Assembly: GCA_028345055.1 (NCBI GenBank)
Contig: JAOMCO010000006.1
Coordinates: 232 to 64,231, forward strand
DNA: 64,000 bases
DNA from: Candidatus Thioglobus sp.
Lineage (GTDB): Bacteria; Pseudomonadota; Gammaproteobacteria; PS1; Pseudothioglobaceae
Direction of reading: 5' to 3'
Below, in pieces: positions 19,336 through 31,456 of the stretch. A program made the position numbers and the translations under genes. The notes below the pieces were generated by a model that did no database searches, had not been told where the DNA came from, and saw only the letters and a list, made by a program, of their open reading frames with translations. Position 1 is the first letter of the stretch. Every line of letters starts with the position of its first letter.

Positions 19336-21228
19336 ATGCCTAATGTAACACTGCCAGATGGCACAGTTAAATCATATGACCAGTCGCTTACTGTGGCCGA
19401 GGTAGCCTCATCGATAGGCTCAGGTCTTGCAAAGGCAGCAATCGCAGGTGAGGTCGATGGTCAGTTGGTAGATACATCTTTTGTGATTGAGGATGACTCT
19501 GAAGTTGCAATTGTTACCAATAAAGATGAAAAAGCACTGGAAGTGATTCGCCATTCAACGGCGCATCTCTTGGCTCAAGCGACCCAGCAGATTTATCCCA
19601 AAGCACAGGTCACTATTGGACCTGTGATTGATAATGGATTTTATTATGACTTTGCATACAAGGATGGCTTTTCAGAGCAGGATCTTGCAAAAATAGAAAA
19701 AAAGATGAACGCTATTGTCAAGCAAAATCTTCCGATCGAGAGGATGGAGATGACGCGAGAAGATGCCATCGAATTCTTTAAGTCGATGGGTGAGCACTAC
19801 AAAGCTGAAATCATTGAATCTATTCCAACCAATGAGGTTCTTTCTTTATATAAGCAGGGTGATTTTGTTGATTTATGTCGTGGTCCTCACGTACCATCAA
19901 CAAGCAAACTCAAAGCATTTAAACTCATGAAGCTTGCTGGTGCTTATTGGCGCGGTGATTCTAACAATGAAATGCTTCAAAGAGTCTATGGAACTGCCTG
20001 GGAGAACAAGGATGATTTAGCTGAGCATCTTTATCGCCTTGAAGAAGCTGAAAAAAGAGATCATAGGAAGATTGGAAAAGTACAAAACTTATTTCATACT
20101 CAGGAGGAGGCTCCTGGTATGGTCTTTTGGCACCCCAAGGGATGGACACTCTATCAAATCATTGTTAAGTATATGAGTCAGATTTTTAAAGATAATGGTT
20201 ACCAAGAAGTCCATACCCCCGAGGTTATGGATAGAACCATGTGGGAAAAATCAGGTCACTGGGATAAGTTTGGTGATGCTATGTTTACGACTCACTCTGA
20301 GAACAGGGATTATGCTGTTAAGCCGATGAATTGTCCTGGCCATGTCCAAATTTTTAATCAAGGACTTAAATCTTACCGTGACCTTCCATTAAGGCTTGCA
20401 GAATTTGGCTCATGTCACCGTAATGAGCCTTCGGGCACGCTTCATGGAATTATGCGAGTTCGCAACTTTGTTCAGGATGATGCTCATATCTTCTGCACAG
20501 TTGAACAAATACAAAACGAAGTATCATCGTTTATTGATTTAACGTTTAAGGTCTACAAGCATTTTGGCTTTGAAAATATTGACATCAAACTCTCAACGCG
20601 TCCAGAAAAGCGAGTCGGCTCAGACGAGGTATGGGACCAGTCAGAAGCTGCACTTGCAGAAGCGCTTGATGCTAAAGGAATCAAATGGGAGCTCCAAGAG
20701 GGAGAGGGCGCCTTTTATGGACCAAAGGTTGAATTTGTTTTAAAAGATTGCCTTGATCGTGAATGGCAGTGCGGAACAATACAGGCCGATTTTTCTATGC
20801 CAGATAGGTTGGATGCGCATTATATTGCTGAAGATGGCTCCAAACAGATTCCAGTAATGTTGCACAGAGTCATCGTTGGATCAATCGAGCGATTTACTGG
20901 AATTTTGATTGAGCATTATGAGGGGGCATTCCCTTCTTGGCTGGCTCCGATACAAGCAGTCATAATCAATGTTTCTCAAAAACAAGAGGAATATACGAAA
21001 AATGTTGAGAATAATTTAAAAAAACAAGGCCTTAGAGTTATTTCGGACTTGCGAAATGAGAAGATAGGCTTTAAAATACGCGAGCACTCAATGCAACGCT
21101 ATCCATATATTTTAGTTGTGGGAGATAGAGAGCAAGAAAACAATCAAGTATCTGTTCGTCAAAGGGGTGGAGAGGACTTGGGTTCAATGTCGTTAGAGGC
21201 GTTGACAGAATTAATAAATCAGGAGTAA
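19336..21228 (+). CDS. thrS: Threonine--tRNA ligase
   Basis: TGS domain, [34 protein letters not shown] and MLHR. ATG at 19336. Confidence 0.98.
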   Translation: MPNVTLPDGTVKSYDQSLTVAEVASSIGSGLAKAAIAGEVDGQLVDTSFVIEDDSEVAIVTNKDEKALEVIRHSTAHLLAQATQQIYPKAQVTIGPVIDNGFYYDFAYKDGFSEQDLAKIEKKMNAIVKQNLPIERMEMTREDAIEFFKSMGEHYKAEIIESIPTNEVLSLYKQGDFVDLCRGPHVPSTSKLKAFKLMKLAGAYWRGDSNNEMLQRVYGTAWENKDDLAEHLYRLEEAEKRDHRKIGKVQNLFHTQEEAPGMVFWHPKGWTLYQIIVKYMSQIFKDNGYQEVHTPEVMDRTMWEKSGHWDKFGDAMFTTHSENRDYAVKPMNCPGHVQIFNQGLKSYRDLPLRLAEFGSCHRNEPSGTLHGIMRVRNFVQDDAHIFCTVEQIQNEVSSFIDLTFKVYKHFGFENIDIKLSTRPEKRVGSDEVWDQSEAALAEALDAKGIKWELQEGEGAFYGPKVEFVLKDCLDREWQCGTIQADFSMPDRLDAHYIAEDGSKQIPVMLHRVIVGSIERFTGILIEHYEGAFPSWLAPIQAVIINVSQKQEEYTKNVENNLKKQGLRVISDLRNEKIGFKIREHSMQRYPYILVVGDREQENNQVSVRQRGGEDLGSMSLEALTELINQE

Positions 21229-21230
21229 CT

Positions 21231-21830
21231 ATTAAAAGCCCAGAAAAGGTAAAGACAAGGATTAATCAGTATATAAATGCACCTAAGCTCAGAGTCATAA
21301 GTGACAGAGGTGATCAGTTGGGAATCCTTAGTAATGATGATGCTCTTGAATTAGCAGTAAACGCAGGTTTAGACTTAGTTGAAGTTTCTCCAAATGCAGA
21401 TCCACCAGTATGTCGGGTGATGGATTTCGGAAAGTTTCAATATGAATTAAAGAAACAAAAGAGCGACGCTAAGAAGAAACAGAAAAAAACTCACGTCAAG
21501 ATGATTAAGTATCGTCCTGGAACTGAGGAAGCGGATTACCAAATCAAGTTTAAAAACTTGGTTAAGTTTATTGAGAACGGCGACAAGGTCAAAGTAGTTA
21601 TTTGGTTTCGTGGTCGAGAAGTTCAGCATCGAGAGTTAGGAATGGAGATGCTGGATAGAATTGAAAGTGAAACAGAAGAATTTGCCACTGTTGAACAGAA
21701 GGCAAAAATGGAGGGTCGCCAGCTTGGCATGATGCTAGCACCCAAATCGAAGAAAAGTAAGGCGAAAGCCCGAAGAATTGAACCCGAAGAGGGTCAAGGA
21801 GTAAATGATGCCGAAGTTGAAGACCAATAG
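21231..21830 (+). CDS. infC: Translation initiation factor IF-3 (ATT start)
   Basis: In-frame ATT at 21231 with SD AGGAG (21221-21225) adds ...[20 protein letters not shown] to the tracked [25 protein letters not shown] and FRGRE motifs. Confidence 0.95.
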   Translation: MKSPEKVKTRINQYINAPKLRVISDRGDQLGILSNDDALELAVNAGLDLVEVSPNADPPVCRVMDFGKFQYELKKQKSDAKKKQKKTHVKMIKYRPGTEEADYQIKFKNLVKFIENGDKVKVVIWFRGREVQHRELGMEMLDRIESETEEFATVEQKAKMEGRQLGMMLAPKSKKSKAKARRIEPEEGQGVNDAEVEDQ

Positions 21831-22005
21831 AGGTGCTGCAAAGCGCTTCAAAAAGACCGCCAATGGTGGTTATAAAAGTAAACACTCTCATCTGAGACAT
21901 ATTTTGACCAAGAAGAGTACTTCAAGAAAGCGCTCATTGCGTTCGCCTGATACTATTGAGAAGGTTGATGTACCAATGGTTAAAAGAATGTTACCTTACA
22001 GTTAA
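21808..22005 (+). CDS. rpmI: 50S ribosomal protein L35
   Basis: [15 protein letters not shown] and HILTKK. SD spacing favours the ATG at 21808. Confidence 0.97.
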   Translation: MPKLKTNRGAAKRFKKTANGGYKSKHSHLRHILTKKSTSRKRSLRSPDTIEKVDVPMVKRMLPYS

Positions 22006-22017
22006 AGGAGTATTACT

Positions 22018-22377
22018 ATGGCAAGAGTTTCAAGAGGTGTGCAGGCGCATGCCAAACACAAAAAAGTTTTAAAGAAAGCCAAAGGTTACTATGGTGCTCG
22101 TTCAAAGGTATATCGCGTTGCTAAGCAAGCGGTAATCAAAGCTGGACAGTATGCCTATCGTGATCGTCGTCAGCGTCGTCGTCAGTTCAGAAGACTATGG
22201 ATTGTTCGTATCAATGCTGAGGCAAGAAATAATGGCTTAAGCTACTCACAATTTATCAACGGCTTAAACAAGGCTGGTGTTGAGATTGATCGTAAAGTTC
22301 TATCAGATATTGCCATCTTTGATAAAGATGCCTTTGCTAAAATTGCTGATCAAGCAAAAGCTGGGTTAGCACAGTAG
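22018..22377 (+). CDS. rplT: 50S ribosomal protein L20
   Basis: [15 protein letters not shown] and [23 protein letters not shown]. Confidence 0.98.
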   Translation: MARVSRGVQAHAKHKKVLKKAKGYYGARSKVYRVAKQAVIKAGQYAYRDRRQRRRQFRRLWIVRINAEARNNGLSYSQFINGLNKAGVEIDRKVLSDIAIFDKDAFAKIADQAKAGLAQ

Positions 22378-22388
22378 AAAATTCTTAC

Positions 22389-22420
22389 TAAAAGACTGTA
22401 ACATAGGTTGCAGTCTTTTA
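22389..22420 (+). terminator. Hairpin/terminator after rplT
   Basis: TAAAAGACTGTAAC-ATAG-GTTGCAGTCTTTTA. Confidence 0.65.
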
Positions 22421-22421
22421 A

Positions 22422-23450
<1,029 letters not shown>

Positions 23451-23466
23451 TGTAAGGATATTATTT

Positions 23467-25830
23467 ATGAATATTTCAACTAGATGGTTAAGAGAGTGGG
23501 TTAGTCCAGATGTGAGTGATTTAGAGCTCTCAGAAAAATTGACCATGGCCGGTTTAGAGGTGGATCAAATTGCCCCTGTAGCACCTCCATTTGAAGGTTT
23601 AGTAGTGGGCCATGTTGTCAGCTGTTCTAAGCATCCGAACGCAGACAAACTTAGTCTTTGTGAGGTTGATATTGGAATAGGGGAGAATCTGCAAATTATT
23701 TGCGGTGCTCCAAATGTAAGGCAAGACTTAAAGGTTGCAGTTGCAACAGTGGGGTCTGTACTTCCCAATAAACTTAAAATTAAACGTGCAAAACTTAGAG
23801 GTGTTGAGTCTAATGGAATGCTCTGCTCAGAATCTGAGATGGGTGTCTCTGATAGCCACGAAGGCATCATTGAACTAGATGCTAATTCTAAAATTGGTGA
23901 TGATGTAAGGTCTGTTCTTGATTTGGATGATCAAATTATTGAGCTTGATATTACTCCGAATAGAGGAGATTGCTTCAGTGTTCTTGGCGTTGCTAGAGAG
24001 GTTTGTGTCAACTATGACTTGTCATTACCGAACATAAATTTTAAAGCTGAACAAAAAGGAAATATTTCCTTCAAATCAATGGTTAGCAATCCTAAAGAGT
24101 GCCCAAAGTATTTAACAAGGATCATTGAGGGAGTTGATAACAATGCTTCAACGCCAGAATGGATGGCACAAAAACTTCTTCGAGCTTCACAGCAGCTTCA
24201 CTCGCCAATTGTTGATATAACAAACTATGTCCTTTTAGAGCTTGGTCAACCGATGCATGCCTTTGATTTATCAAAGATCAATGGAAGTATTAATGTAAGG
24301 TCTGCAAAAAAGAATGAAAAGCTTGAGCTCCTTAATGGTCAAAATGTCACTCTATCAGAAGACACACTGGTGATAGCTGACGAAAAATCTGCGATAGCCA
24401 TGGCCGGTGTGATTGGCGGAATGGGAACCTCAACACTAGAGAATTCAACTGAAATTCTTTTAGAGAGTGCATTTTTTGAGCCAGTTGCAATCGCTGGAGT
24501 TGCAAGATCATATGGCCTACATACTGACGCTTCACTGCGCTTCGAGAGGGGCGTTGACTTCAATATGGCTCATCAGGCAATGGAAAGAGCAACAGAACTC
24601 GTTCTTGAGATTTGTGGCGGCACTGCATCAGGAATCAATGAGACTATTGACTCAAAATCATTACCTAAATTAGAGCCCATTAAAATATCTATTGAAAAAA
24701 TCTCAAAAGTTCTTGGTTTCGATTTAGATTCTTCATGGGTAGAGTCAAAGTTCAAGTTTCTTGACTTTGATTTCAAAAATAATAAAGATCATTCTTGGAG
24801 CATTACGCCTCCGAGCTTTCGTTACGATATTAGAATTCCCGCTGATATTATTGAGGAGCTTGCACGGCTATATGGTTATGATAAGATTCCAGTTCAAAGG
24901 CTGACTATTGATTCCAATATATCAAAAGCTTTACAAGCCCAAATTAGACAGAATGACTTTTCAAATGTACTTGTAAATCGGAGCTACAAAGAGGTTATTA
25001 CTTACAGCTTTATCTCCCATGAGATGCACGATTTAGTTGACCCAAATTCAAAGAAAATACTCCTTCAAAATCCAATCTCCGATGACATGGCACTGATGCG
25101 TTCAAGTTTATGGCCAGGTTTAATTCACTCCGCTAAATCAAACATAAGAAGAGGCCATATAAATTTGCGTTTCTTTGAGATGGGACTTTGTTTTTCAGGG
25201 CTTAAGGTTGAGGATCAGGTACAAAAAGTTGCTGGAATTATATCTGGTAACCGCTATGATTCTCAGTGGGGAGCTAAGGATCAAGAAGTCGATTTTTTTG
25301 ATGCTAAGTCAGATGTAGAAGCACTATTAAATTTAAGTAAAAATGATTTCATATTTGAGGCAGCTGAGCATCCAGCTCTTCAGCTGGGGCAGACAGCTAA
25401 AATTATGAAAGGAAAAAATCAGATAGGCTGGATAGGAGCGCTATCACCAAAACTTCAAAAGAAGTTATCGATGCCAAAAGCTTTCCTTTTTGAGCTCACT
25501 CTCTCAGAAATAGAACAGGGTAAAACGCCTAGCTATGAGTCTTTTTCAGCACTTCAAGCCTCTCAAAGAGATATAGCGATTGTAGTATCAAATGAGGTAA
25601 CTAGTGATGAACTTATTCACTCAATTCAATCCATGAAACAAGATGATTTAATTGATGTTAACTTGTTTGATGTCTACGAAGGAGAACATATCGAGCAGGG
25701 AAGTAAAAGTGTTGCCCTAAATCTAACTTATCAGTCGAAAGAAGTTACACTAACTGATGAACAGTTAGCTGAAAAAGTTAGTAAAATAGTGGGTCACTTA
25801 GAAACAAAATTTGCTGCTAAATTAAGATAA
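23467..25830 (+). CDS. pheT: Phenylalanine--tRNA ligase beta subunit
   Basis: HPNADKL, ICGAPNV, TPNRGDC, RFERGVD, D.IEELARLYGY and the FDX-ACB domain. Confidence 0.98.
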   Translation: MNISTRWLREWVSPDVSDLELSEKLTMAGLEVDQIAPVAPPFEGLVVGHVVSCSKHPNADKLSLCEVDIGIGENLQIICGAPNVRQDLKVAVATVGSVLPNKLKIKRAKLRGVESNGMLCSESEMGVSDSHEGIIELDANSKIGDDVRSVLDLDDQIIELDITPNRGDCFSVLGVAREVCVNYDLSLPNINFKAEQKGNISFKSMVSNPKECPKYLTRIIEGVDNNASTPEWMAQKLLRASQQLHSPIVDITNYVLLELGQPMHAFDLSKINGSINVRSAKKNEKLELLNGQNVTLSEDTLVIADEKSAIAMAGVIGGMGTSTLENSTEILLESAFFEPVAIAGVARSYGLHTDASLRFERGVDFNMAHQAMERATELVLEICGGTASGINETIDSKSLPKLEPIKISIEKISKVLGFDLDSSWVESKFKFLDFDFKNNKDHSWSITPPSFRYDIRIPADIIEELARLYGYDKIPVQRLTIDSNISKALQAQIRQNDFSNVLVNRSYKEVITYSFISHEMHDLVDPNSKKILLQNPISDDMALMRSSLWPGLIHSAKSNIRRGHINLRFFEMGLCFSGLKVEDQVQKVAGIISGNRYDSQWGAKDQEVDFFDAKSDVEALLNLSKNDFIFEAAEHPALQLGQTAKIMKGKNQIGWIGALSPKLQKKLSMPKAFLFELTLSEIEQGKTPSYESFSALQASQRDIAIVVSNEVTSDELIHSIQSMKQDDLIDVNLFDVYEGEHIEQGSKSVALNLTYQSKEVTLTDEQLAEKVSKIVGHLETKFAAKLR

Positions 25831-25834
25831 CCAA

Positions 25835-26125
25835 ATGTCCCTTACCAAACAAGATATTGCGAATACTCTCGTAAAAAAAACAGAGCTCACTCAAACACAA
25901 GCGCTCGCACTAACTAATAAATTCTTTGATCAAATCATAGAGACTCTTAAATCAGGAGAGGAAATCAAGTTATCAAGTTTTGGAAACTTTGTGGTTCGCG
26001 AAAAAACGCCAAGACCAGGAAGAAACCCGAAGACCGGTGAAGAGGTCACGATTAGTGCTAGAAAAGTGGTCACCTTCAAGGCTGGACCTAAGCTAAAGTC
26101 AGCAACCCAAAAAGGTAAAAAGTAA
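25835..26125 (+). CDS. ihfA: Integration host factor alpha subunit
   Basis: IKLSSFGNF..REK..RPGRNPKTGEE..ISARKVVTF, located directly after pheT. Confidence 0.95.
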   Translation: MSLTKQDIANTLVKKTELTQTQALALTNKFFDQIIETLKSGEEIKLSSFGNFVVREKTPRPGRNPKTGEEVTISARKVVTFKAGPKLKSATQKGKK

Positions 26126-26127
26126 GC

Positions 26128-26574
26128 CTAATCGGTTATCGCAACCATAAACCCCTTTAAGATTGGAATCACTGAGAGCATCACCAGTTGTTGCTGATTC
26201 TCATCCTCTGTTTTACCGCTAGCAACTCTCTTTTTAAGAGATGGTGAATAATCATCATCAATTGAAAATGAGGCAAATAGTAGCTCAGCTGAGTCATCAG
26301 ATTCAACTTCATTTTGAACCATCTCAATATCATAAACCGCACTCACCTCTTGGGTTTGTTTATTAACAAATAGAATGGTCTCATTGAAATGAAGAAAGAA
26401 TCTCTCAGCTGGACAGTTGGATGATTCTTTTGGCTCTAGTTCGCCCTCAGCCATAGCTCCTGCAATTTGATCATAGTGCTGATCTGTCAGTCTGACATAC
26501 CTAGTATCTAAGTAGTCTCCAAGCTCGTTGTCACCTTCATATTCTTTTATGTATTCGATTAGCTCTTTAAGCAT
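26128..26574 (-). CDS. Hypothetical acidic protein
   Basis: 148-aa ORF filling the space convergent with ihfA. No motif recognised. Confidence 0.65.
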   Translation of the reverse strand: MLKELIEYIKEYEGDNELGDYLDTRYVRLTDQHYDQIAGAMAEGELEPKESSNCPAERFFLHFNETILFVNKQTQEVSAVYDIEMVQNEVESDDSAELLFASFSIDDDYSPSLKKRVASGKTEDENQQQLVMLSVIPILKGFMVAITD

Positions 26575-26617
26575 AGGATTGGGGGATTAAAATTGAGTTG
26601 AGAATTCTGCCAAAGAT

Positions 26618-27691
26618 TTACTTTGATTTACTAAATTGCATTTGATAAATATCGAAAATAGTAATCGACATTGCTGCAATAATAGGCCCAATAAATAGGC
26701 CCAAGATACCAAACTTTATAATTCCAGCTAGAGTAGAAAGAACAGTAATAAGAGTGTTATTTAATGCGCTCTGATGATTCATGGAGCTTGAGAGTTTCAT
26801 AATGATAATTGGCCTTAGAAAATTATCAATCAATGTTCCAGAGATAACTGCACCAAAAATTATAATAATAATTGCATTGGTAGGCTCACCAATAGCAAAT
26901 AGATAGATTGATAATGGAAACCAAACTAGCAACCCCCCAATTATTGGAATAAAACTTGCAAGAGCCATAGCGACTCCAAAAAATAGGACAGGTAATCCAA
27001 CAATCATGACTCCAATTGCAAAAGCAATGCCTTGGGTTAATGCGACTAAAAAGACACTCCCAACTAGAGTCAGAGAAAGTGCTGAGAATTGATTAAAAAG
27101 TAAGTCATTAATTTTATTATCAAGTGGCGAGACCTTTCTTACCTTATCAATAAAAGAAGGGCCATCAATATAAAAGTAATAAAGAGAAAAGATTGTAATA
27201 ATTACAAAAAAGATAAATTGACTTGAGAGGGTGGTAATACTTTTAAGAATTACTATAGAGAAGTCTTTAATGGCAAAAGCAATACTCTCAAAATTGTTAC
27301 GAAGAGAACTATCTAGAAACTCACGCATAGAGTCAGATATAGGTAAACCTAAAATAATTTGATCTTTAATTTTTCTAATTTCACTGATCTGATAGTCACT
27401 TTGAAGCTTATTAATAAGATTGGTAATCTCAATGCCGCTGAAAAATAAAATGTAACCAAGTGGAAGTATTAGCAAAACTGTCACCAGAACTGTCATTATT
27501 ATTGCAGATAGGTTTTTTGAGTATTTGTCAGAAAGCTTAATGAAGCTGCTGTAGGTTGAAATACAGATTAAAAGTGATAAGAAGAGATAAGCTATAAAAG
27601 GAGTAAAAAGCCAGACTAAAGCAAGGATAGAGAGAGCTAAAAGTATCAGTACTAGGCCATTGCCATGACTATTATCTATTTTTTCTGACAC
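26618..27691 (-). CDS. AI-2E family transporter
   Basis: Multi-TM, with YYFYIDG, ASFIPIIGG, IDNFLRP and FGILGLFIGP. SD AGGAG. Confidence 0.9.
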   Translation of the reverse strand: MSEKIDNSHGNGLVLILLALSILALVWLFTPFIAYLFLSLLICISTYSSFIKLSDKYSKNLSAIIMTVLVTVLLILPLGYILFFSGIEITNLINKLQSDYQISEIRKIKDQIILGLPISDSMREFLDSSLRNNFESIAFAIKDFSIVILKSITTLSSQFIFFVIITIFSLYYFYIDGPSFIDKVRKVSPLDNKINDLLFNQFSALSLTLVGSVFLVALTQGIAFAIGVMIVGLPVLFFGVAMALASFIPIIGGLLVWFPLSIYLFAIGEPTNAIIIIIFGAVISGTLIDNFLRPIIIMKLSSSMNHQSALNNTLITVLSTLAGIIKFGILGLFIGPIIAAMSITIFDIYQMQFSKSK

Positions 27692-27809
27692 ATTCTCTCC
27701 TTAAGGGGGTCTTCCAAAAAAAATACAAATCCTTATTCAAAATTATATCTTAATGGAGTCGATGGGTTTGAATGATGTTTCAGTAAATAATCTTTATTGA
27801 AATTAAGAA

Positions 27810-28688
27810 TTAGCTTTTAAAAAGAGTTAATGTCTTGTTAAATAACTCACCATTCTCATTACTTATTTCATCAACAGTCTCAAAATGGTCAGCACTATCC
27901 ACTTTTATGATTTCAAGTGAAGAAAAGTCATCAGAAAAGGCTTTGACATAATCGAGACTTTGTCGATGCATATCTGGCGGCTCATTGAGCCCAAAAGAGA
28001 GTATATGCGGTATATCTATAAAGGGTTTTTTATGAATTATGCTGGCTATTTTTGCCTCTTTTAAATCCATCCTAAGCCCATCATTTTCTGAGCAATAAAG
28101 TATCGGCTCAAAGTCATAAATGCCTGAAACTGCAACTGCTGCATGCAAAAGATTTTTTGGTAAAGACTGATCTTCCTGACTCCAGTCAGTAAATAGCATC
28201 TCAGAAGTGAGGTGCCCTCCAGCAGAATGTCCTAAAACGTTAAAATTATCTCTTGAAATGTTTAAGTTCTTTGAATGATTCCAAAGCCATTTGATAGCTT
28301 TACGAACTTGAGGTGCTATTTCTGTCAGTTTAACATCAGGACACATTTGGTAGTTCATTACTGCGACAGAATACCCTCTCTTAACAAAAGGCTCAGCAAT
28401 GAAGCTGTAAACTGACTTGTCGCCTCTCTGCCAATAACCCCCATGAATATAAAGTATGAATCCTAATGAATTGCCATTTGGAGTAAAAAAATCAAGTGTA
28501 TTTCTTGGAAGTGGGCCGTAGACTAGATCAAGCTGATTAATGGAGCATGATCTAAACCTCTCAGACATTTCCATCCATCTTGGGATGTCAGTAGTTTCAT
28601 AATTAGGACGAGTATTTCTAAGCATATATTGCTTTTCAATTTCTCTTCTAGTCATCCCTTTGTAAACTATATTCTCAGCTGACTTCAT
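27810..28688 (-). CDS. Alpha/beta hydrolase (arylformamidase/kynurenine formamidase-like)
   Basis: YIHGGYWQ oxyanion motif, GHSAGGHL nucleophile, SGIYD and DHF. Confidence 0.85.
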   Translation of the reverse strand: MKSAENIVYKGMTRREIEKQYMLRNTRPNYETTDIPRWMEMSERFRSCSINQLDLVYGPLPRNTLDFFTPNGNSLGFILYIHGGYWQRGDKSVYSFIAEPFVKRGYSVAVMNYQMCPDVKLTEIAPQVRKAIKWLWNHSKNLNISRDNFNVLGHSAGGHLTSEMLFTDWSQEDQSLPKNLLHAAVAVSGIYDFEPILYCSENDGLRMDLKEAKIASIIHKKPFIDIPHILSFGLNEPPDMHRQSLDYVKAFSDDFSSLEIIKVDSADHFETVDEISNENGELFNKTLTLFKS

Positions 28689-28756
28689 CGTTATTAATAA
28701 TTATTTTTCTCTGCATAAGATATACTATATCTATTTAATTTTACAAATAATATTAC

Positions 28757-29251
28757 ATGGAAACAGCATATCTTGCCGGTGGATGTTTTTGGTGCGTGGA
28801 GGCAATTTTTCAGCGCGTCAATGGAATCACTGAGTTGAAAAGTGGCTACTGTAATGGTTCCACTCAAAACCCTTCTTATGAGTCTATTTGTTCTGGACAA
28901 ACTGGCCATGCAGAAGTAGTTAAAATTGATTTTGATGAAAGTGTAGTTTCATTTGAAGAATTGCTTGAAGTCTTTGTTGAAACTCATGATCCAACGAGTC
29001 TCAATCAGCAGGGAGCAGACAGGGGAACCCAGTATCGTTCAGCCATCTTCTACGTGAATGACACTCAGAAGCAGATAGCAACCTCTGTAATTGCGGATAT
29101 CTCAGGTGCAGTTACAGAAATCACTGAGTTAGATGTTTTTTATCAAGCTGAGAGTTATCATCAAAACTACTTTAATGACAATACAAATCAACCTTATTGT
29201 CGAATGGTAATTTTGCCTAAAATTCAAAAGTACTTTAGAGATGGAGATTGA
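28757..29251 (+). CDS. msrA: Peptide methionine sulfoxide reductase MsrA
   Basis: AGGCFWCVE, TGHAEVV, QG.DRGTQYRS and AESYHQNY. Confidence 0.97.
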   Translation: METAYLAGGCFWCVEAIFQRVNGITELKSGYCNGSTQNPSYESICSGQTGHAEVVKIDFDESVVSFEELLEVFVETHDPTSLNQQGADRGTQYRSAIFYVNDTQKQIATSVIADISGAVTEITELDVFYQAESYHQNYFNDNTNQPYCRMVILPKIQKYFRDGD

Positions 29252-29991
29252 TGGAAGATCAGGAATTACTCAGATACTCTAAACAAATAATGCTGCCTCA
29301 GGTTGATATTGAAGGTCAGCAAAAAATCATGGATTCAACAGTGCTCATTATCGGCATGGGAGGACTAGGCTCGCCAACAGCACTCTACTTAGCTGCAGCA
29401 GGTGTAGGCCATATTGTAATTGCAGACTTTGACCAAGTTGAACTATCTAACTTGCAACGCCAAATCATTCATCAGACTAAGGACATAGGTGACGATAAAG
29501 TTAATTCAGCAAAAAATAAATTGATTGAGCTGAATCCTGAAATTAAAGTAACGATTGCAAATGAGCTGATCCATACTGATAATCTTTCAGAACTTATTAA
29601 AGATGTTGATATTGTTTTAGATGGAACCGACAACTTTGAAAGTCGATTTGAGATCAATAAAGTTTGCGTAGAAAATAAAAAGCCTCTTATCTCTGCCGCT
29701 GTGGTTAGATTTGAAGGCCAAGTGTCTGTATTTAAAGGCCATGAAAAAGATAAGCCTTGCTATCAGTGTTTGTACTCTGTTGAGGGAGAGGAAAATGAAA
29801 GCTGCATAGATAATGGCGTGTTAGCACCTGTTGCAGGTCTCATTGGAACAATACAGGCTTTGCAAGCAATTAAGGTTTTATTAAACTTAGGGGATCAGTT
29901 AAGTGGATCCCTGCTTTTAGTTGATGCGCTTGACTTAAGTTTTAGAAAGGTCAAAATTGGAAAAGATTTAAAATGTCCAGTCTGTAACTAA
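29248..29991 (+). CDS. MoeB/ThiF family adenylyltransferase
   Basis: RYS.QI.LP, GMGGLG, SNLQRQ, DGTDNF and CYQC...CPVC Zn motifs. moeB versus thiF not resolved. Confidence 0.9.
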   Translation: MMEDQELLRYSKQIMLPQVDIEGQQKIMDSTVLIIGMGGLGSPTALYLAAAGVGHIVIADFDQVELSNLQRQIIHQTKDIGDDKVNSAKNKLIELNPEIKVTIANELIHTDNLSELIKDVDIVLDGTDNFESRFEINKVCVENKKPLISAAVVRFEGQVSVFKGHEKDKPCYQCLYSVEGEENESCIDNGVLAPVAGLIGTIQALQAIKVLLNLGDQLSGSLLLVDALDLSFRKVKIGKDLKCPVCN

Positions 29992-30021
29992 AAAGATAAG
30001 TTATGTATTTAGGAGATTAAT

Positions 30022-30291
30022 ATGATCAATTTTATAAGTATTTTAGTTTCGGTAGGCTTTGGTTATCTCTTTTTTAGAATTGCGAGACCAAAGAATGAGT
30101 TGTCATCTAAATCAGTTTACTTTGGGAGGACATTTTTAGCGTGGAGCCTTTTTGCCTCCACTTCCTTTTATATTAGGCCTTTTGTTTTTGATCAAAATCT
30201 CAATAACATTATCTATTGGTTAATGATGTCGGCGCCGTTTGCCATATTTGCATTTGCATTTGGCTTTCTATACGGAAAATTTAGAAATTAA
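30022..30291 (+). CDS. Small hypothetical membrane protein (3 TM)
   Basis: SD AGGAG and three hydrophobic segments. Confidence 0.65.
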   Translation: MINFISILVSVGFGYLFFRIARPKNELSSKSVYFGRTFLAWSLFASTSFYIRPFVFDQNLNNIIYWLMMSAPFAIFAFAFGFLYGKFRN

Positions 30292-30304
30292 GAACTTTAG
30301 TTCT

Positions 30305-30383
<79 letters not shown>

Positions 30384-30499
30384 TTAACTTTTCTAAATAA
30401 ACCTTATAGCAAAAGCGTTTCACTTCAAATTCGTACATATCATCTTTAACTATTTTTTAGTTAAAGACAGTCCAATTCTATACCTTTTTGAGTCAAAGG

Positions 30500-30528
30500 T
30501 GTACACAAACTGTACATAAAGTACAAAC
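30500..30528. repeat. Three short tandem repeats resembling integrase arm-binding sites
   Basis: TGTACACAAAC / TGTACATAAA / GTACAAAC, about 120 nt past the tRNA 3' end. Confidence 0.5.
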
Positions 30529-30615
30529 ATAATTGGTGGTTGAGAATGGGTAGGGCACCCCTTTTGAATGACTACTCAATCGGGGAAACTGGGTTAGATG
30601 TGAAATTTAGTAATT

Positions 30616-30939
30616 CTAAAACCGAGTACCCGCATTAAAGCTAAAACTATTGCTATAGTTTGAGGCTTGTCCAGATCCAAAAGGTTGCTCTCTGGTGAAA
30701 CTTACAGAGCTGTTCCATCCTGATTCTGTATTCAGGTCAAGCCCAAGTTTTAACTTCCAATTCTTGATTTGTTTATTAAGGTTCGCTGAATAGGTATTGG
30801 TGCTAGCATCCTCATTATTGTAATGCATCGAGGCGGATGTCTTTGATGATGACCTAGCGTACTCAATCTTAGCATAGGGATTAATCTTTGCATTGTTAAC
30901 AGTAACACCTTTATTCTTTATATACAGGTTAAACAACAC
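30616..30939 (-). pseudogene. C-terminal fragment of an autotransporter/outer-membrane beta-barrel
   Basis: Amphipathic strands (INPYAKIEY, WKLKLGLDL, WNSSVSFTR) and terminal FSFNAGTRF. No signal peptide, and too short for a full barrel. Confidence 0.6.
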
Positions 30940-31029
30940 CCTTAATAAGTCTTGATTTGAACTACCATTAGTACTAAATAGAGTACAATGAAAATTCTAA
31001 TTTTTGTTTAATTTAAATGAAGTTCATTT

Positions 31030-31377
31030 ATGAAATACATTTCTATATTTTTAATATTTTTATCCTCAATACTAACTTTCAATGTTCATGCTGAAATTAA
31101 TAGTAGGGTTGTATTAGATGAGTTTTTTGTGGGTTGTGCATCTGAGGATGATGAAAACTTTACGATTGGTGAAAGTTATGAGTATTGTGGATGCATGACA
31201 AATGTTCTATCAAAAGAATTAGATCTAAAGGAATTATTAAGACTTAGCTTAAATCTTTTAAATGAAACAGAGGGAATGACAGAAGATGAGGCAGAACAAA
31301 TTGCATTATCAATGATCCTAGAAAATGATGTCATTACTGATGGGTTGCTGAATTGCTTAGTAAAGCTATATGAGTAA
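31030..31377 (+). CDS. Hypothetical secreted protein
   Basis: Signal peptide ending VHA. F..GC...YCGC...C pattern, acidic. Confidence 0.7.
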   Translation: MKYISIFLIFLSSILTFNVHAEINSRVVLDEFFVGCASEDDENFTIGESYEYCGCMTNVLSKELDLKELLRLSLNLLNETEGMTEDEAEQIALSMILENDVITDGLLNCLVKLYE

Positions 31378-31456
31378 GATTATTTTATAGCGTTAAATAC
31401 CCAGCTAAATTTTCAAAAAATCAAAAACCACTATTTCTAAAAATAGAAGGTTGATA

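Noticed and set aside
22157-22190. CGT/CGTCAG short repeats
   Set aside because: These are Arg-rich codons of ribosomal protein L20.
30500-30528. CRISPR array
   Set aside because: Units are only about 10 nt with no spacers, and there are no cas genes. No CRISPR-like array was seen anywhere in the window.
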